From Nitrosopumilus sp. (GTDB lineage: Archaea > Thermoproteota > Nitrososphaeria > Nitrososphaerales > Nitrosopumilaceae): 64,000 nt of DNA. Below are positions 32,159-43,148 of the stretch, one piece after another. Within the stretch, counting starts at the first letter, position 1. The number at the start of each line of letters is the position of its first letter. The DNA is taken from contig OZ250186.1 of NCBI GenBank assembly GCA_965238275.1, positions 32,001 to 96,000 of the forward strand, read 5' to 3'. Made by a program: the position numbers and the translations under genes. The notes below the pieces were generated by a model. The model did not search any database, had not been told where the DNA came from, and was given only the letters and a program-made list of their open reading frames with translations.

Positions 32159-32325
32159 CGCACACTCCGACATCAATCAATCAATGAATATCCCTCCAAG
32201 CATAGCGATGTCTCCGCTATTCCGATGACCAGCCTAAATATACCAAGCATGCCGTTTGGTTCCCTGCCTGTCCGGCCTATGCCCCAAGGGGAGATTCTGA
32301 GGATCATCGCCTGTCTAGGGTAGAA

Positions 32326-32880
32326 ATGCGTAAACTGAAAAACGACCAAGTCTTGAACTCGGGTAGTCCGATGTCCGAAGAGGTTGCAGGGATGCTCAGT
32401 GTCAGTCTTGCAGGTTCTCCATTCCACGACTATTTTCACAAAGACGTAACCTTGGTTCCCATACCAGGCAGCTCACGACTGAAGAAGGACACTCTCTGGG
32501 TACCAGAGCGCATAACCTCGGCGTTGGAAAAGCATGATCTGGGGACAAGCATCCAGATTCTTTATCGGGATGTGCCACTGCGACGTTCGTCTACCAGCTT
32601 GGCTAAAGACAGACCCAAGGCACATCAGCATTACGGCTCCATGGCAATACAGAAACCGCTACATGACCCCAAAGAGATTGTTCTTGTGGACGATGTGGTA
32701 ACGCGGGGCGCCACGTTGTTGGGAGCGGCAAACAAACTTGCCGATGCCTTTCCCGGTGTACGCATACGCGCGTTTGCAGTAATGAGGACAATCAGCAATC
32801 CTGATTGTTTTGAGGGGATCTGCAACCCTTGTACGGGGAACATATCATTACGGGGCAAAGATACGTTTAGATCTCCCTGA
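32326..32880 (+). CDS. ComF-like phosphoribosyltransferase (N-terminus possibly frameshifted)
   Basis: LVPIPGS, IVLVDDVVTRGATL PRPP-binding motif. The frame stays open upstream (AYAPRG...) with no in-frame start. Confidence 0.8.
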   Translation: MRKLKNDQVLNSGSPMSEEVAGMLSVSLAGSPFHDYFHKDVTLVPIPGSSRLKKDTLWVPERITSALEKHDLGTSIQILYRDVPLRRSSTSLAKDRPKAHQHYGSMAIQKPLHDPKEIVLVDDVVTRGATLLGAANKLADAFPGVRIRAFAVMRTISNPDCFEGICNPCTGNISLRGKDTFRSP

Positions 32881-33247
32881 GCCTATGCGCAGTCGCGCAT
32901 AGTCTATTATATCATCGCGCCTAAAACGTCATGTGTGACAGCTTTGTCTGCATCGTCAACATTCTGCACGTCCTGATGCCCCTCTACCCATCGGCCTTGC
33001 CCAACGCGTGAGTCGTAATTCAGGTCTGCATAGAGGGTATGCCCAAGGAACACAGCCAAACTGGTCTGTGCGAGGCTGCCATCATATCCATGATGGTAAA
33101 GTCTGGGCTGAGACTTGGGATGATGGGCAACCACAACGGGACCGATGGGCTTCGGATGCACGATTTGTTTGCGGGATTTCGCAAGGATCTCAAGGACAGG
33201 TTCAGTGGGCTCGTTTAGGGCTTTTATACTAACTTGCCATCGGTTGC

Positions 33248-33520
33248 ATGCAAGACCTAGAACATGCGATGGAGATCAGGGACATTCTTGACAGGATCAA
33301 GACGATACGATCGTGTGAGCACGAGCCTGAGGTCGAGGCAAGATACGGGGATCACGAGGGTTTCAGGTTCCAGATGTGCAGGGAGTGCTGGAACCGCGAG
33401 ACGCTCCACAGGATAAGCGAGGACTACGTGCAGGTCGTCAGGCCCAACCAGTTGGACGCGGTGTCGGCAAAGTGCCTCAAGTGCGGTTCCGGCATGGATT
33501 CGTGCGGGTGCGGGACATGA
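33248..33520 (+). CDS. Small Cys-rich (zinc-binding) hypothetical protein
   Basis: CEH...CRECW...CLKCG...CGC; TTTTATA box ~22 nt upstream. Confidence 0.55.
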   Translation: MQDLEHAMEIRDILDRIKTIRSCEHEPEVEARYGDHEGFRFQMCRECWNRETLHRISEDYVQVVRPNQLDAVSAKCLKCGSGMDSCGCGT

Positions 33521-33665
33521 TACTTTTCCCTCGTCGCCCGACTACGGAATGGTTAAGGGTTTTGAAGGCGTGATTGTGGCAGACGGTTGCCGCATGGTGA
33601 ACATGCTGCCATTTCCGAAAAAATTTATCTAAAAATGGAATGGATGAAGACAGTCATAGGAGAAC

Positions 33666-35726
33666 TTACGAGTCCATCATTTCGTTTATTTTTCTAAAAA
33701 TTGTTTCAAAGTTTTTGACTAATTCGTTTGGAAGTGATCCAATATCTGCTCTGCCCAGTTCGTCTAAAATTGCACGATCTGGTCTATTCTTGTGAAAATC
33801 GCCCAAATCGTTTTCTTTGAAAAAGTCTTCAATTTGCTTTACAATCATAGGTTCGTGAGAATCAAGAGTTATGTCTGTTATTTTTTTTGACTCTAACTCT
33901 TCTTGATAAGTAGATTTAACGAACTTTAGATAATAATCTGGTGGAAATATGTCTTCAATAGACATATTTTTTGTTTTATCAAAAATCTCATTTATCATAC
34001 AAACTTTTTTATCTCTTAAAATTTTATTCTTCACTATCGATTTGTATGCATGTTTGCCGTCATTATCTGCATCTAGAAGCACCGCAACGTCTAGTTTTTG
34101 TGAGTTATACGTGCTTGCAAAAAGAATAGATCTTGTTGCACCTCCTGCCGGAACAAACACAAAGTCGTTTTTTAGATGGGTCTTTCCAGCTGACTCCAAC
34201 AAACTCGAAGCACCATCCAGGAGCCAAAAATCGGTCATTCCCTCTACTATCAGGTTTTTCTTTCCTACAAACATGGATTGCGCCATAGTGTAATGAAGCG
34301 CAGATTGCAATGGAAATAAAGCATCACGATCACTGTCCCAAACTTCGTCTGATATGTGAGATATTTTTTGAGTTGTTTCTCCTTCTAATTTTGTTTCTTT
34401 TAGGGTAACTGTATGAATAGAGTCGGGTTTTGTTAGGTCTACCATGAATGGAGAATGCGTTGAATACAGAATCTGGTTTTTCTTTGCAAGTATGGGCAGT
34501 ACATTTTTGAGAAAATCTTTTTGTCCGATAGCATGTAAAAATAATGCAGGTTCGTCAAGTAAAATTATTGTGTCTTTGTGTCTTCCCTCAGACTCTACGC
34601 TAAATACAGTATAAAAAGAGAAATACCATTGATACCCCCTGCTTCTTTCTTCAAGCTGTAGTTTTATCCTATCTTTTTTATTAATCACCCAGACTCTAAG
34701 ATCAGCCCCATTTACAGAAAATTCTATATCGTGATCATTTTGTGTCCATATGCTATCAATTTGTTCCGAAACCTTCTTTGATGCAAGACTCAAAATTCTA
34801 TCTAGTCTATCCTTGTTTTTTCGTACCCGCTCACGATTTTTTCCTTCTTGACCTAGTTTTAACAATTCATGTGCATCCAAACCTCCAAGATCTAGCAAAG
34901 CTTTTGCAGTTTTTTCATCATCATCCAAATTGTTTTCGTCAAGTTTTGTCACAAAAGTTGGCAAATGAATTCTGCTATCAATGATTCCAATATTTTCAAA
35001 GTAAATGAATCTTGGTAGATTGTTTATGAGATAATTCTTAACATTTTCAGTTGAATCCTCTGTTATTTCAGAATTAACTTTATCAAGAATAGAATAAATT
35101 TTGCTTTTTTCAGATAATACATCATCAGGAATTGAAGTTAAAATTGCTTTGAAATTTTCTATGTTTAGCTTAATTTGATTAAGAATATCATGCTGCCTAA
35201 TATTTAATTCATCTTTATTCCCAGTTCCAATTATATTTAACATAGTTATCGCATCATTCCTATATGTTTGTCCGTTTTCATGCAATGCTGGGTCGATAGA
35301 ATCAAGAATTTCAAGTATTGGTTGCAGGTAGTTTTTATGAAATACAGCAAAATGAATTGCCTCTTGGCCGGCGTCAAGATGGCAGATTAGCTTCATGTTT
35401 TTCTTTTTACTGAATTTGATTTCATTTATTGCCATTTGTCCGTTACTAATTTCTTTTATTTGCCGCCTTTCTTCATTGGTAAGTTTGAAAGTAGCAGTAA
35501 CAAAAATATCTTCAGGATCATAATCATCATAGTACCATGCCGGATTTTCTGTTAAATCATCAAAATCTGTATCTTTAACATGATTGATTTTTTTTAAAGC
35601 ACGCATCAGATTTGTCTTTCCACTTTCGTTAATCCCTACAAAAGTTGTAATGTTTTCGTCTACTTTGATCTCTTTAGAGTCTTCTATAGAGCGATATTTT
35701 TTAATGTGAAAACTAGTAAGGCGCAC
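33666..35726 (-). CDS. OLD-family ABC-ATPase + TOPRIM nuclease
   Basis: YRSI, GINESGKT (Walker A), SRGYQW, LLDEP, STHSP, IVEGMTD and LLDAD TOPRIM motifs; AT-rich. Confidence 0.85.
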   Translation of the reverse strand: MRLTSFHIKKYRSIEDSKEIKVDENITTFVGINESGKTNLMRALKKINHVKDTDFDDLTENPAWYYDDYDPEDIFVTATFKLTNEERRQIKEISNGQMAINEIKFSKKKNMKLICHLDAGQEAIHFAVFHKNYLQPILEILDSIDPALHENGQTYRNDAITMLNIIGTGNKDELNIRQHDILNQIKLNIENFKAILTSIPDDVLSEKSKIYSILDKVNSEITEDSTENVKNYLINNLPRFIYFENIGIIDSRIHLPTFVTKLDENNLDDDEKTAKALLDLGGLDAHELLKLGQEGKNRERVRKNKDRLDRILSLASKKVSEQIDSIWTQNDHDIEFSVNGADLRVWVINKKDRIKLQLEERSRGYQWYFSFYTVFSVESEGRHKDTIILLDEPALFLHAIGQKDFLKNVLPILAKKNQILYSTHSPFMVDLTKPDSIHTVTLKETKLEGETTQKISHISDEVWDSDRDALFPLQSALHYTMAQSMFVGKKNLIVEGMTDFWLLDGASSLLESAGKTHLKNDFVFVPAGGATRSILFASTYNSQKLDVAVLLDADNDGKHAYKSIVKNKILRDKKVCMINEIFDKTKNMSIEDIFPPDYYLKFVKSTYQEELESKKITDITLDSHEPMIVKQIEDFFKENDLGDFHKNRPDRAILDELGRADIGSLPNELVKNFETIFRKINEMMDS

Positions 35727-35809
35727 AGGCTCTGACTGAGTCCGATCTTTATAAATTTCTCTATGATGTTGGATGTGTTGTAGTAATAAGAAACACCCTC
35801 ACGCATACC

Positions 35810-36070
35810 TATATCGACGCGCAAAAGTCCGTGTGCGAGTAATCGAAGAGTTTGTAGATCAGATCTCATTCCAGCAATACATGGATGACACCAAACTGGA
35901 GGAACTCGAAAAGGCATACAAAAAGGAAAAGGACCACAATGTCTAGGTCAGGATGGTCGCGGTACACATGGTGCGCGTGCGCAACATGCCTGTGGAATAG
36001 GCTGCTGACATCTTGGACGGTGCCCCACTTGTCCACAATCGGCTGCGCCGCTACGACGGAGGAGACCTCA
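35810..36070 (+). pseudogene. IS630-family remnant (left end + degenerate N-terminal HTH)
   Basis: TATATCGACGCGCAAAAGTCCGTG end; MDDTKLEELEKAYKKEKDHNV*VRMVAVHMVRV with stops; homologous to 62287 (-) and 49718 (-). Confidence 0.75.
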
Positions 36071-37236
36071 TGCTGTATAGTGAAAGATGCAATGTATGAT
36101 CTTTTTGGACCGTCGAACCGCCTCAAGATGTTAATTACGAATCAAGTTTCCATATTCGTAGTTTAGATTATTTATGCGGCCTGCTTGATCAAGCGTACGA
36201 TATGGACAGCAACTGGGATTGCGTTATTGAACGGATCAGAAGCATGGACAAAATTAGCGAGAACCGCAGAAAGCGACTTGTCAGTTCTGTTACGGTGTTA
36301 AGGGACAATCTGGGAAAGGACTGGTGGCCGGATGCCGGCCATCCGCTATTGTTTGGCATCCAAAACACCCTCAATACTTATGCAGACTGGCTTGTTTCTA
36401 GACTGGCAAATGACATTATCAGCATGAAGAGCGCAGGGATTGGGGACATCGTGAAGAGAATCCGTAATTCCACAGAATATTTCGGTGTCGCCGCGGAGCT
36501 TGAGGTGGGCGGCGTGTTGGCCAGAAATGGTTACGGATTGGCAATCGGACCCAAGGCGGGAAAGAAGCAACCGGATTTTCTCTGTAAAAAGAACGGTGAT
36601 GAGTTTCTTGCAGAGGTAAAGATGCTAGAGACAAGCGAAAAGGCCAGGGAGGCTACCCGAACCAGCGAACAGATAATGGCAACATGCCGTCCGATTTTTC
36701 CCGTAGGGACCATCACCAGATCGTTGCCATCCCATGAACTTGAGGATGTCACATGCAGATTGAAGGATGTGGTCAATCGTGTCAGTGTTGGCTCTCCACG
36801 GGAGGCTGATATCCCTGGCACTCTGAAGCTATACCTGGTGCATCCTGATGATCCTGACAAAGTCCGCATGTATGACAAGTGGTGCCGAGCACCGGAAAAT
36901 TCTGGCATTCCAGGCGGTCACGGCCTGTCATGCCCGCCTGTAGACAGGACGGATCTTGATCGCATAATATCCAAAATCAATCGATTTTCGGCAAAACAAC
37001 AGATTCCAAAAGAGAGAATGGGCATTCTGTTCATGACCGGCTGCTTCACGATTATGGATGGGGATGTAGAGGCAATGGTTGCCAGTCTTCTCCCGCACGT
37101 AAAGAAACTGCCCCATGTTCCTGCTGTGGTGCTGGTCGCCATCAGAACATTCACGCTTTCGCCTAATAGAAGATATGCGTAATCCGGAACTTTTTCAAAC
37201 TCCGCGCTGACATGTTAGCCCTGCTGTCAAAAATTT

Positions 37237-37920
37237 ATGATCCATCCAATTAAAACCAGAATATGCCGGTTCATACTGTTGTCGAATCAGGAAACAAGTG
37301 ACCTGCAAAAAGAGAACAAGGCTCTCAGAGACATGATCAAGCGCCAGGACGCTGACATCAAGCGCTTGGAGGCAGCCGCCAAGCACGAGCAAAGCCTGTG
37401 GGGTACGCGAGACGGCTCCGAGTCTGGAGCCGCAGGAGAGCCCGCCCTGCTGCATCGCGTGGAGGTCTTTGATGAGATCATCAGAGTCGAGAAAAATCTT
37501 CATGACGCGACGCTGAAGTGCAGGGAACAGTTCCAATACATGCTTGACAGGGTCGAGGCATGGATAAGGCAAAGCGGCAAATCCCCGCTCTTCAGGAACG
37601 ACGAGACGAGGGCGTCGGATCCCGGGAACCGCTGCAAGCTGTACCCCAGGCACGCGCTGCTCATGGCGCTGATGTACAAAAAGGGCAACCCCACGCAGGG
37701 CGCACTTGCGGCATTCTTTGGAATAGACCAGGCAACCGTGTCCCGGTATATCGATGTACTAGACGGGGTGCTTGAGGCGGTGCTGCCCACCGCTGCCAAC
37801 ATCTCAAAGGAGATAGCAGGCACGGAGACAAAAGAGGATCTCAAAAAAATAATTTCCGGGCCGGACGGGGGCATCATGATGATCGACGGCACGCACTGCC
37901 CCATAAGAAAATATGCGTAA
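37237..37920 (+). pseudogene. Truncated IS5-like transposase (copy A)
   Basis: FFGIDQATVSRY HTH, IDGTHCPI, then cut by the copy B left end. Confidence 0.85.
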
Positions 37921-37974
37921 TCCCCCTGTTCACATCGATAAATTTAGATCAGGCACGATCGCGTCTCACATCAA

Positions 37975-39346
37975 ATGCCAGACTCGCCTGATCAGATCAT
38001 GCACAGATTGGAACAGGAAAACAGAAGCCTAAAAAATATTCTAAAGCAGAAAGACAAAAAGCTGGAACAGAAAGACAAAAAGCTGGAACAGAAAGACAAA
38101 AAGCTGGAACAGAAAGACAAAACCCTAAAAAATATTCTAAAGCAGAAAGACAAAAAGCTGGAACAGAAAGACAGAAGCCTAAAAAATATTCTAAAGCAGA
38201 AAGACAAAAAGCTGGAACAGAAAGACAGGGAGTTGGGCCTTGAACGCGGCCTGTGGAAGAGCAGGAACGATGGCTGGAACCCCGGCAAGGGGCCCGCGTT
38301 GCACCTGCTAGAGGTGCTAGACGGCATAATACGCGACGGGGACAAGCTCCGCCATGTCACGCTGGCAGACGGGGAACAGTTCCGGTACATGCTGGAGCGG
38401 GCCAAGGTGTTTCTGACGCATTCGGGCCAGATGCCGCTGTTCCGCGATAACGCATCCCGGGTCTCCGATCCCGGAAACCGGTGCAAACTGTACCTGAGAC
38501 ACGCACTGCTCCTAGCACTTATCCGCAAAAAGGACAACCCCGCCCAAGGCGTGCTTGCCGCATTCTTCGGGATAGACCAGACCACCGTGTCCCGGTACAT
38601 TCCGGTGATGGATGCGATGCTGACAGGAATACTTCCGACGGCAGACAACATATCCGAGGAGGTAGCTGCTGCCCCGACCAAGGAGGATTTCAAGAAGATC
38701 GTGCCCGGGTCCGACGGGGGCGAGATATTCATAGACGGCACGCACTGCCCCGTGCAGCGCCCGTCTGTAAAGTCAGTCCGGCGCATGGGATACTCCGGCA
38801 AGAAGAAAAAGTTCACCAACAATACCAACGTGTACACCAACCGGGACGGGGTGGTGATCGGCATATCAAAAAGCACCGTCGGGTCAGTCGGCGACATCAC
38901 GTTGCTCAAGGAACGCCCCATGCCGTTTGGAAAGTGGGAGGAGGCGATGCACGATCCGGACCTGCCAGAATCAGACAGGTGCCACCCCTTCGTCGACCGC
39001 GGCTACCAGGGAATCGCAGATCACCTGCCCGGCACCACGCCGGAGATCCCGTACAAGAAGACCAGGGACACGCCGCTGACGCCGGAGCAAAAAAAGCACA
39101 ACCACAGGATCAACTCCACCAGGGTGTTGGTGGAGCACACGATAGGCAGGCTCAAGCGCTACGCGCGTCTTGCCGACCCGTACGACGGCAACGCGGCCCC
39201 AGTTCAACAGGGAGTTCAACGTGATCACCGGGCTGGTAAACCTGAACCTTTTGTGGGACTGCATGGAAAAGGGTCCGCCACCACCGGGGCAGTGGAAGAC
39301 GTCAGTAGACTGGGACAGGGCCTGCTCCGAAGCTCCGGTCAAGTAG
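37975..39346 (+). pseudogene. IS5-like (DDE_Tnp_4) transposase, +1 frameshift near C-terminus
   Basis: IDGTH, YSGKKK, VDRGY, RVLVEHTIGRLK. An extra C at ~39197-39200 shifts out QFNREFNVITGLVN, which aligns to the paralog at 55101. Confidence 0.8.
38016..38228 (+). repeat. 21-bp/54-bp coding tandem repeat (QKDKKLE heptads)
   Basis: Repeated cagaaagacaaaaagctggaa and ctaaaaaatattctaaag blocks. Confidence 0.9.
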
Positions 39347-40078
39347 AATTCAGGGCACGATGAAGTGCTGCAAGGCTGCGCACGTCATTTTGGATTTTGG
39401 GGTGAACAGACTTGCCACATACACGACACGAGCAGTTTTAGGCCGTATTTTTCCGGTTTTTTATGGCCGGGTTGGCAAAATGGGTGGATTACGCATATCT
39501 TCTAATCGACGCCGAGTCAAGGACGAGGACGATTATATTGATGTTGATTACCGCCTTGCTCCATACATTATGGAAAGAGTGCTGATCATAAAGAACAGAT
39601 CATGTCAGTTTTCCTTTGATTGCGGCGTGCTGGCAGACATGTATGCTGAGCGGAACAAGTTCGCATACAGATAGGACAAACTGCAAGATCAATAAATGGG
39701 GAAAACATTTTGGACAGATACCATTTATGAGCAGACTACACAAAAAAGACAAGGGCACCACAACTTGGACAAGATAGTGCTGAGCATGTTCATTATTTGG
39801 AATAGAATGCCCATGGCAGGAGTAGCGTGTAGACTGGGAATAGCCTGTCATGACGGACTTCGAGACAACGGGACTCTTGTGACCAGAATGGTAAACTTGT
39901 CGTTCCAGCCGCCGTTGCCGCCGCTGCTGTCGTAGCGGGTGCGCGCCAGCGCCTCGTGTCTCCCCCCGCCGGGTCCAATCTCGATGCAGTCTTGCCAAGT
40001 CCGTTTGACTCGCACGTGGCTGAACCGGGATCCAAGAACCTGAAAAAACCCCTTTTAAGCCACGCTCGCTCCGTCTGC

Positions 40079-40315
40079 ATGGAATCCACATGTCCCATTT
40101 GCGGGCAAGAACTCGAGGTCCACGTCGACCCGCAGATGGCAGAATGCGGTCTCGCCCTGATGCAGAGGGACTACGGCCACAATTACACCGAGGATTTCAC
40201 GTGGATGTGCCCGGGGTGCGACGGTAAGATGGACGACCACGACGACGCGATGCTGGCACAATGCTCCCGGCTGCTGGTGTTGGGAGACTATGTCAATGGA
40301 GTCTATGCTGGATGA
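40079..40315 (+). CDS. Small protein with two CPxC-x5-H-x6/7-C motifs
   Basis: CPICGQELEVH...EC and CPGCDGKMDDH...QC; TTTTAAG box upstream. Confidence 0.6.
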   Translation: MESTCPICGQELEVHVDPQMAECGLALMQRDYGHNYTEDFTWMCPGCDGKMDDHDDAMLAQCSRLLVLGDYVNGVYAG

Positions 40316-40369
40316 GAGGCTGGAGCGTCGCAGGCACGGAACTCGATAAAATTATTTTGTCTTGATATA

Positions 40370-40395
40370 CATGATAATAATCTACTAGTATCATG
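40370..40395. promoter_or_regulatory. Palindrome with 10-bp arms and 6-bp spacer (dif/core-site-like or operator)
   Basis: catgataata-atctac-tagtatcatg (9/10 arm match), directly upstream of the integrase TATA box (ttataaat 40403). Confidence 0.45.
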
Positions 40396-40432
40396 GATAA
40401 TGTTATAAATCCATTTGACGACATACTATTCC

Positions 40433-41815
40433 ATGAGACTGAACCCCGATGACATTGACATGCCAGACGACAAGAAGCCGTTGAACCTGTTCACGCAGTC
40501 AACAAAGTCGGAACGGACGCGTTACGTGTACGCGTGCAAGCTGCGCCAGATACTCTGCGAGTACATGGCAGGGGTACTGTCCGGGACGTTTGAAGAGAGG
40601 GCCTCCGAACTGCTGGACAGGGGCCGAAAGAATCCCAAATGGACGTGCGGCCTGATGCTGAACCTGGCCCACAGACTGCGCGAGAGGACCGCGCTCGAGA
40701 AAGATGATCCGGAATACCTGAGCCCGACGTCAGTCAACGCCAATTTCGCCCCGCTCCAGAAGTTGTTCGAGACCAACGACGTGGCGCTGCCTTGGAAACG
40801 CGTCCGTTCCACGCTTCCGGAGGTGGAGACGTACGAGACGCGCGGCTGGACGCGCGACGAGATACGCAGGATGCTCAGGCACGCGCGCGGGACGATGGAC
40901 CGCGCCATCATACTCATCATGGCAAGTTCGGGCGTGCGGATCGGCGGGATGGAGTTGAAGTGGGGCCACATCGTTCCGTTTTACGGCGACGGCGGGGATC
41001 TCCGCGAAGGCAAGGGTATTCTAGAAGGAGAAGACGCTTCCAGGCCCGTCGCGTGCGCCATGCTGCGCGTGTACGGCAACACTTCTGCCGAGTATGCCGC
41101 GTTCATCACGCCGGAGGCGTACGAGGCGGTGCAAGACTACCGGGCAGTCTGGGCGCGGGAGGCCGGGCGCGAGCCGGAACCTGGAGATCCGTTCCTCAAG
41201 AGGGCGGGGCCGTCAGTCGCGGGCCTTACAAGCAACGGCATCAAGCAGCGCGCGTACAAGGCAATATGGAGCGCCGGGCTGCGCGGAAGCCAGACGAAGG
41301 AGGGGAGGCGGTACAACGTCCCGGGGATGAACGGCTTTCGGCGTTTTTGCAACAAGGCCATGAAAGACGCGACTTCTGCCGACTCGCCCATATCGTCGCT
41401 GATCAAAAAAGAACGCATGCTGGGGCACTCCGGGCTCGTCAGGCTGGACAAGAACTACTTCAAGACCACCCCGTCGGAACTTGCAAAGGAGTACCTGGAC
41501 GCGGTGCCGGGCCTCACCATCCACGAGACCGGGATCCGGAGGCCCGCCGCTGGCGGCAGCAGCAGCAGCAGCAGCGGCGGCGGCGGCGGCGGCACAAAAG
41601 ACGCCAATGTCGGCGAAACCTACACGAAGCCGGACCCGGTGCCGGATCCCGGCATGGCCGCATCTGATGCCGGCGTCGCTCCCGTGACAGACGACGCGGT
41701 ATGCCCGGCATGCGGCCGCGTGAACCGCGCGCACAGCGGCGAAGAGTACGCCGAATGCATCGCCAGGGTCGCAAAAAAAGCCCTGCCCAGCCAACAGCCA
41801 GATTCGGGCGCGTGA
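40433..41815 (+). CDS. Tyrosine recombinase/integrase with C-terminal CPAC-H-C motif
   Basis: SSGVR, NGFRR, MLGH, NYF; S/G linker; CPACGRVNRAH...EC. Confidence 0.88.
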   Translation: MRLNPDDIDMPDDKKPLNLFTQSTKSERTRYVYACKLRQILCEYMAGVLSGTFEERASELLDRGRKNPKWTCGLMLNLAHRLRERTALEKDDPEYLSPTSVNANFAPLQKLFETNDVALPWKRVRSTLPEVETYETRGWTRDEIRRMLRHARGTMDRAIILIMASSGVRIGGMELKWGHIVPFYGDGGDLREGKGILEGEDASRPVACAMLRVYGNTSAEYAAFITPEAYEAVQDYRAVWAREAGREPEPGDPFLKRAGPSVAGLTSNGIKQRAYKAIWSAGLRGSQTKEGRRYNVPGMNGFRRFCNKAMKDATSADSPISSLIKKERMLGHSGLVRLDKNYFKTTPSELAKEYLDAVPGLTIHETGIRRPAAGGSSSSSSGGGGGGTKDANVGETYTKPDPVPDPGMAASDAGVAPVTDDAVCPACGRVNRAHSGEEYAECIARVAKKALPSQQPDSGA

Positions 41816-41876
41816 ATGCCTGCCTGCCTTCCCGCGCAAGGCGCGCGTCGTCACGAACGAAGATCCTGTCACCGCT

Positions 41877-43148
41877 TCAGGCGGAATTGGCCGATCCCGC
41901 GAACTTTTTGTTGCGGCCGTAGGCCAGCATCCCTTCCAGCAGTCCAAGGCATTCGGTCCGATCCATTTCGTCCAGCAGTCGGATCCTGTCGTCCGGCCTG
42001 CCCAGTTCGGGCATTGCCGCCTCGTCGCGCCTGTCGGCCTGCTCGGGGCGTTCCGGCTCGTTTATGGTCAGGTTTGGGATGGCGTTCACGTACAGGCTTG
42101 CCAATTCCTGCGGGTTGGTCTTGTAGTAGTTGGGGTCGAGTTGCAGGAAGCCCTTGTGCCCCATCATGAACTCTATCTTCGTTAATACCGCCACCGGTGA
42201 CTCGCGCGACACGGTGTCCTTTAGCGTCTTGTTAAAGAACCGCCTGAACCCGTTTGATGCGGGAGTCTTCCCCAGGCGGGGGTTGTCCGGATGCCGCACC
42301 CATACCCCGGCAGACAAGGCCGCCTTTCGTATGACGGTGCTGATGCTTTCCTTGCTCAGCCCGCCCGGTAATTTTCCCTTCTTCTTGAAGATGGGATCGC
42401 CGCCTGTCGGCTTCCTTCCGACTTCTGCCTCCCATTGCACCGCGTAGTCCATGACGGCCCGGTACGTTTCCGGCGTGATGAACGTGACGTACGCGTAGAC
42501 CGACCTCCGGTACACGGCCACGGCCACGCATGCCGGCTCTCCGGGCACGCGTCCTTCCAGGTCTTCCTCTTTTACCATCCTGCCGCCCACGTCGTATATC
42601 CGCGTCAGGTCGCCCCACCGCAACAGCAAGCCGGCGCGACGCATGCCGGAGCTTGCTATGGTCAGTATGATCGCCTTGTCCCTCGGGTTGGTTGCATGCT
42701 CCGCCATGAGGCGTATCTCACCGCGCGTCCAACCTTGCGTTTCGTTCACGTTGTCAAGTTCCGGAAAACTGCCGTCCACGCGCGCCCAGTTCACCGGGAC
42801 GTCGTTGGCATTTAGCAACCCCTTGAGGGAGCTAAAGTAGTTTGGAATGGCAGACGGGTTCAGGTAGTCTGAGTCTTTCTTGTCCTTCTTGGTCCTCTCG
42901 CGCATGATCCTGGACAATCCCAACAAGATGCCCATCATCCTCTCCGGCTTGTTCCTGCCAATTTCCACGAATTCCCTGGCGCGTTCCTCGAAGGTGCCGT
43001 GCAGCACCTCATTCATTACCTTGCCCAGAAACATGCGCAGCTTCTGCGTGTATTCCTTGTCAGTTTCAGGGGACTTGTTGGATGCATGGAACAGCGCCAA
43101 CGGATCTTCCTCGGATATTGGACGCACGTCTGCAAGCTTTAACTCCAT
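41877..43148 (-). CDS. Tyrosine recombinase/integrase, paralog of 40433
   Basis: SSGMR, NGFRR, MMGH, NYY; shared GTFEERA and TxGWTRxEIR blocks. Confidence 0.88.
   Translation of the reverse strand: MELKLADVRPISEEDPLALFHASNKSPETDKEYTQKLRMFLGKVMNEVLHGTFEERAREFVEIGRNKPERMMGILLGLSRIMRERTKKDKKDSDYLNPSAIPNYFSSLKGLLNANDVPVNWARVDGSFPELDNVNETQGWTRGEIRLMAEHATNPRDKAIILTIASSGMRRAGLLLRWGDLTRIYDVGGRMVKEEDLEGRVPGEPACVAVAVYRRSVYAYVTFITPETYRAVMDYAVQWEAEVGRKPTGGDPIFKKKGKLPGGLSKESISTVIRKAALSAGVWVRHPDNPRLGKTPASNGFRRFFNKTLKDTVSRESPVAVLTKIEFMMGHKGFLQLDPNYYKTNPQELASLYVNAIPNLTINEPERPEQADRRDEAAMPELGRPDDRIRLLDEMDRTECLGLLEGMLAYGRNKKFAGSANSA

Larger units (their letters stand above)
37168..39503 (+). mobile_element. 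Composite IS5/ISL2-like (DDE_Tnp_4) element: truncated copy A + copy B
   Basis: Perfect TIR agaagatatgcgtaatcc / ggattacgcatatcttct with AAT TSD; internal second left end agaaaatatgcgtaatcc at 37906. Confidence 0.85.
36202..39674 (+). pseudogene. PD-(D/E)XK nuclease-like gene interrupted by IS (36202-37167 + 39507-39674)
   Basis: AELEV...PDFL...AEVK motif. Removing 37168-39503 and one AAT rejoins ...LSPN-RRRVKDEDD...AYR* in frame. Confidence 0.7.

Noticed and set aside
33008-33232. Fragment ending FRKDLKDRFSGLV resembling the 27964 integrase tail
   Set aside because: The similarity is too short and the region too degenerate to support a call.
33666-35726. Gabija or retron assignment for the OLD-like gene
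   Set aside because: No UvrD helicase or reverse transcriptase is nearby.
38016-38228. Tandem repeat as CRISPR
   Set aside because: No unique spacers; it is an in-frame heptad repeat of the transposase.
39935-40035. GC-rich stretch as tRNA/ncRNA or att site
   Set aside because: I could not fold a cloverleaf or find T-loop/D-loop consensus. Infernal would be needed.
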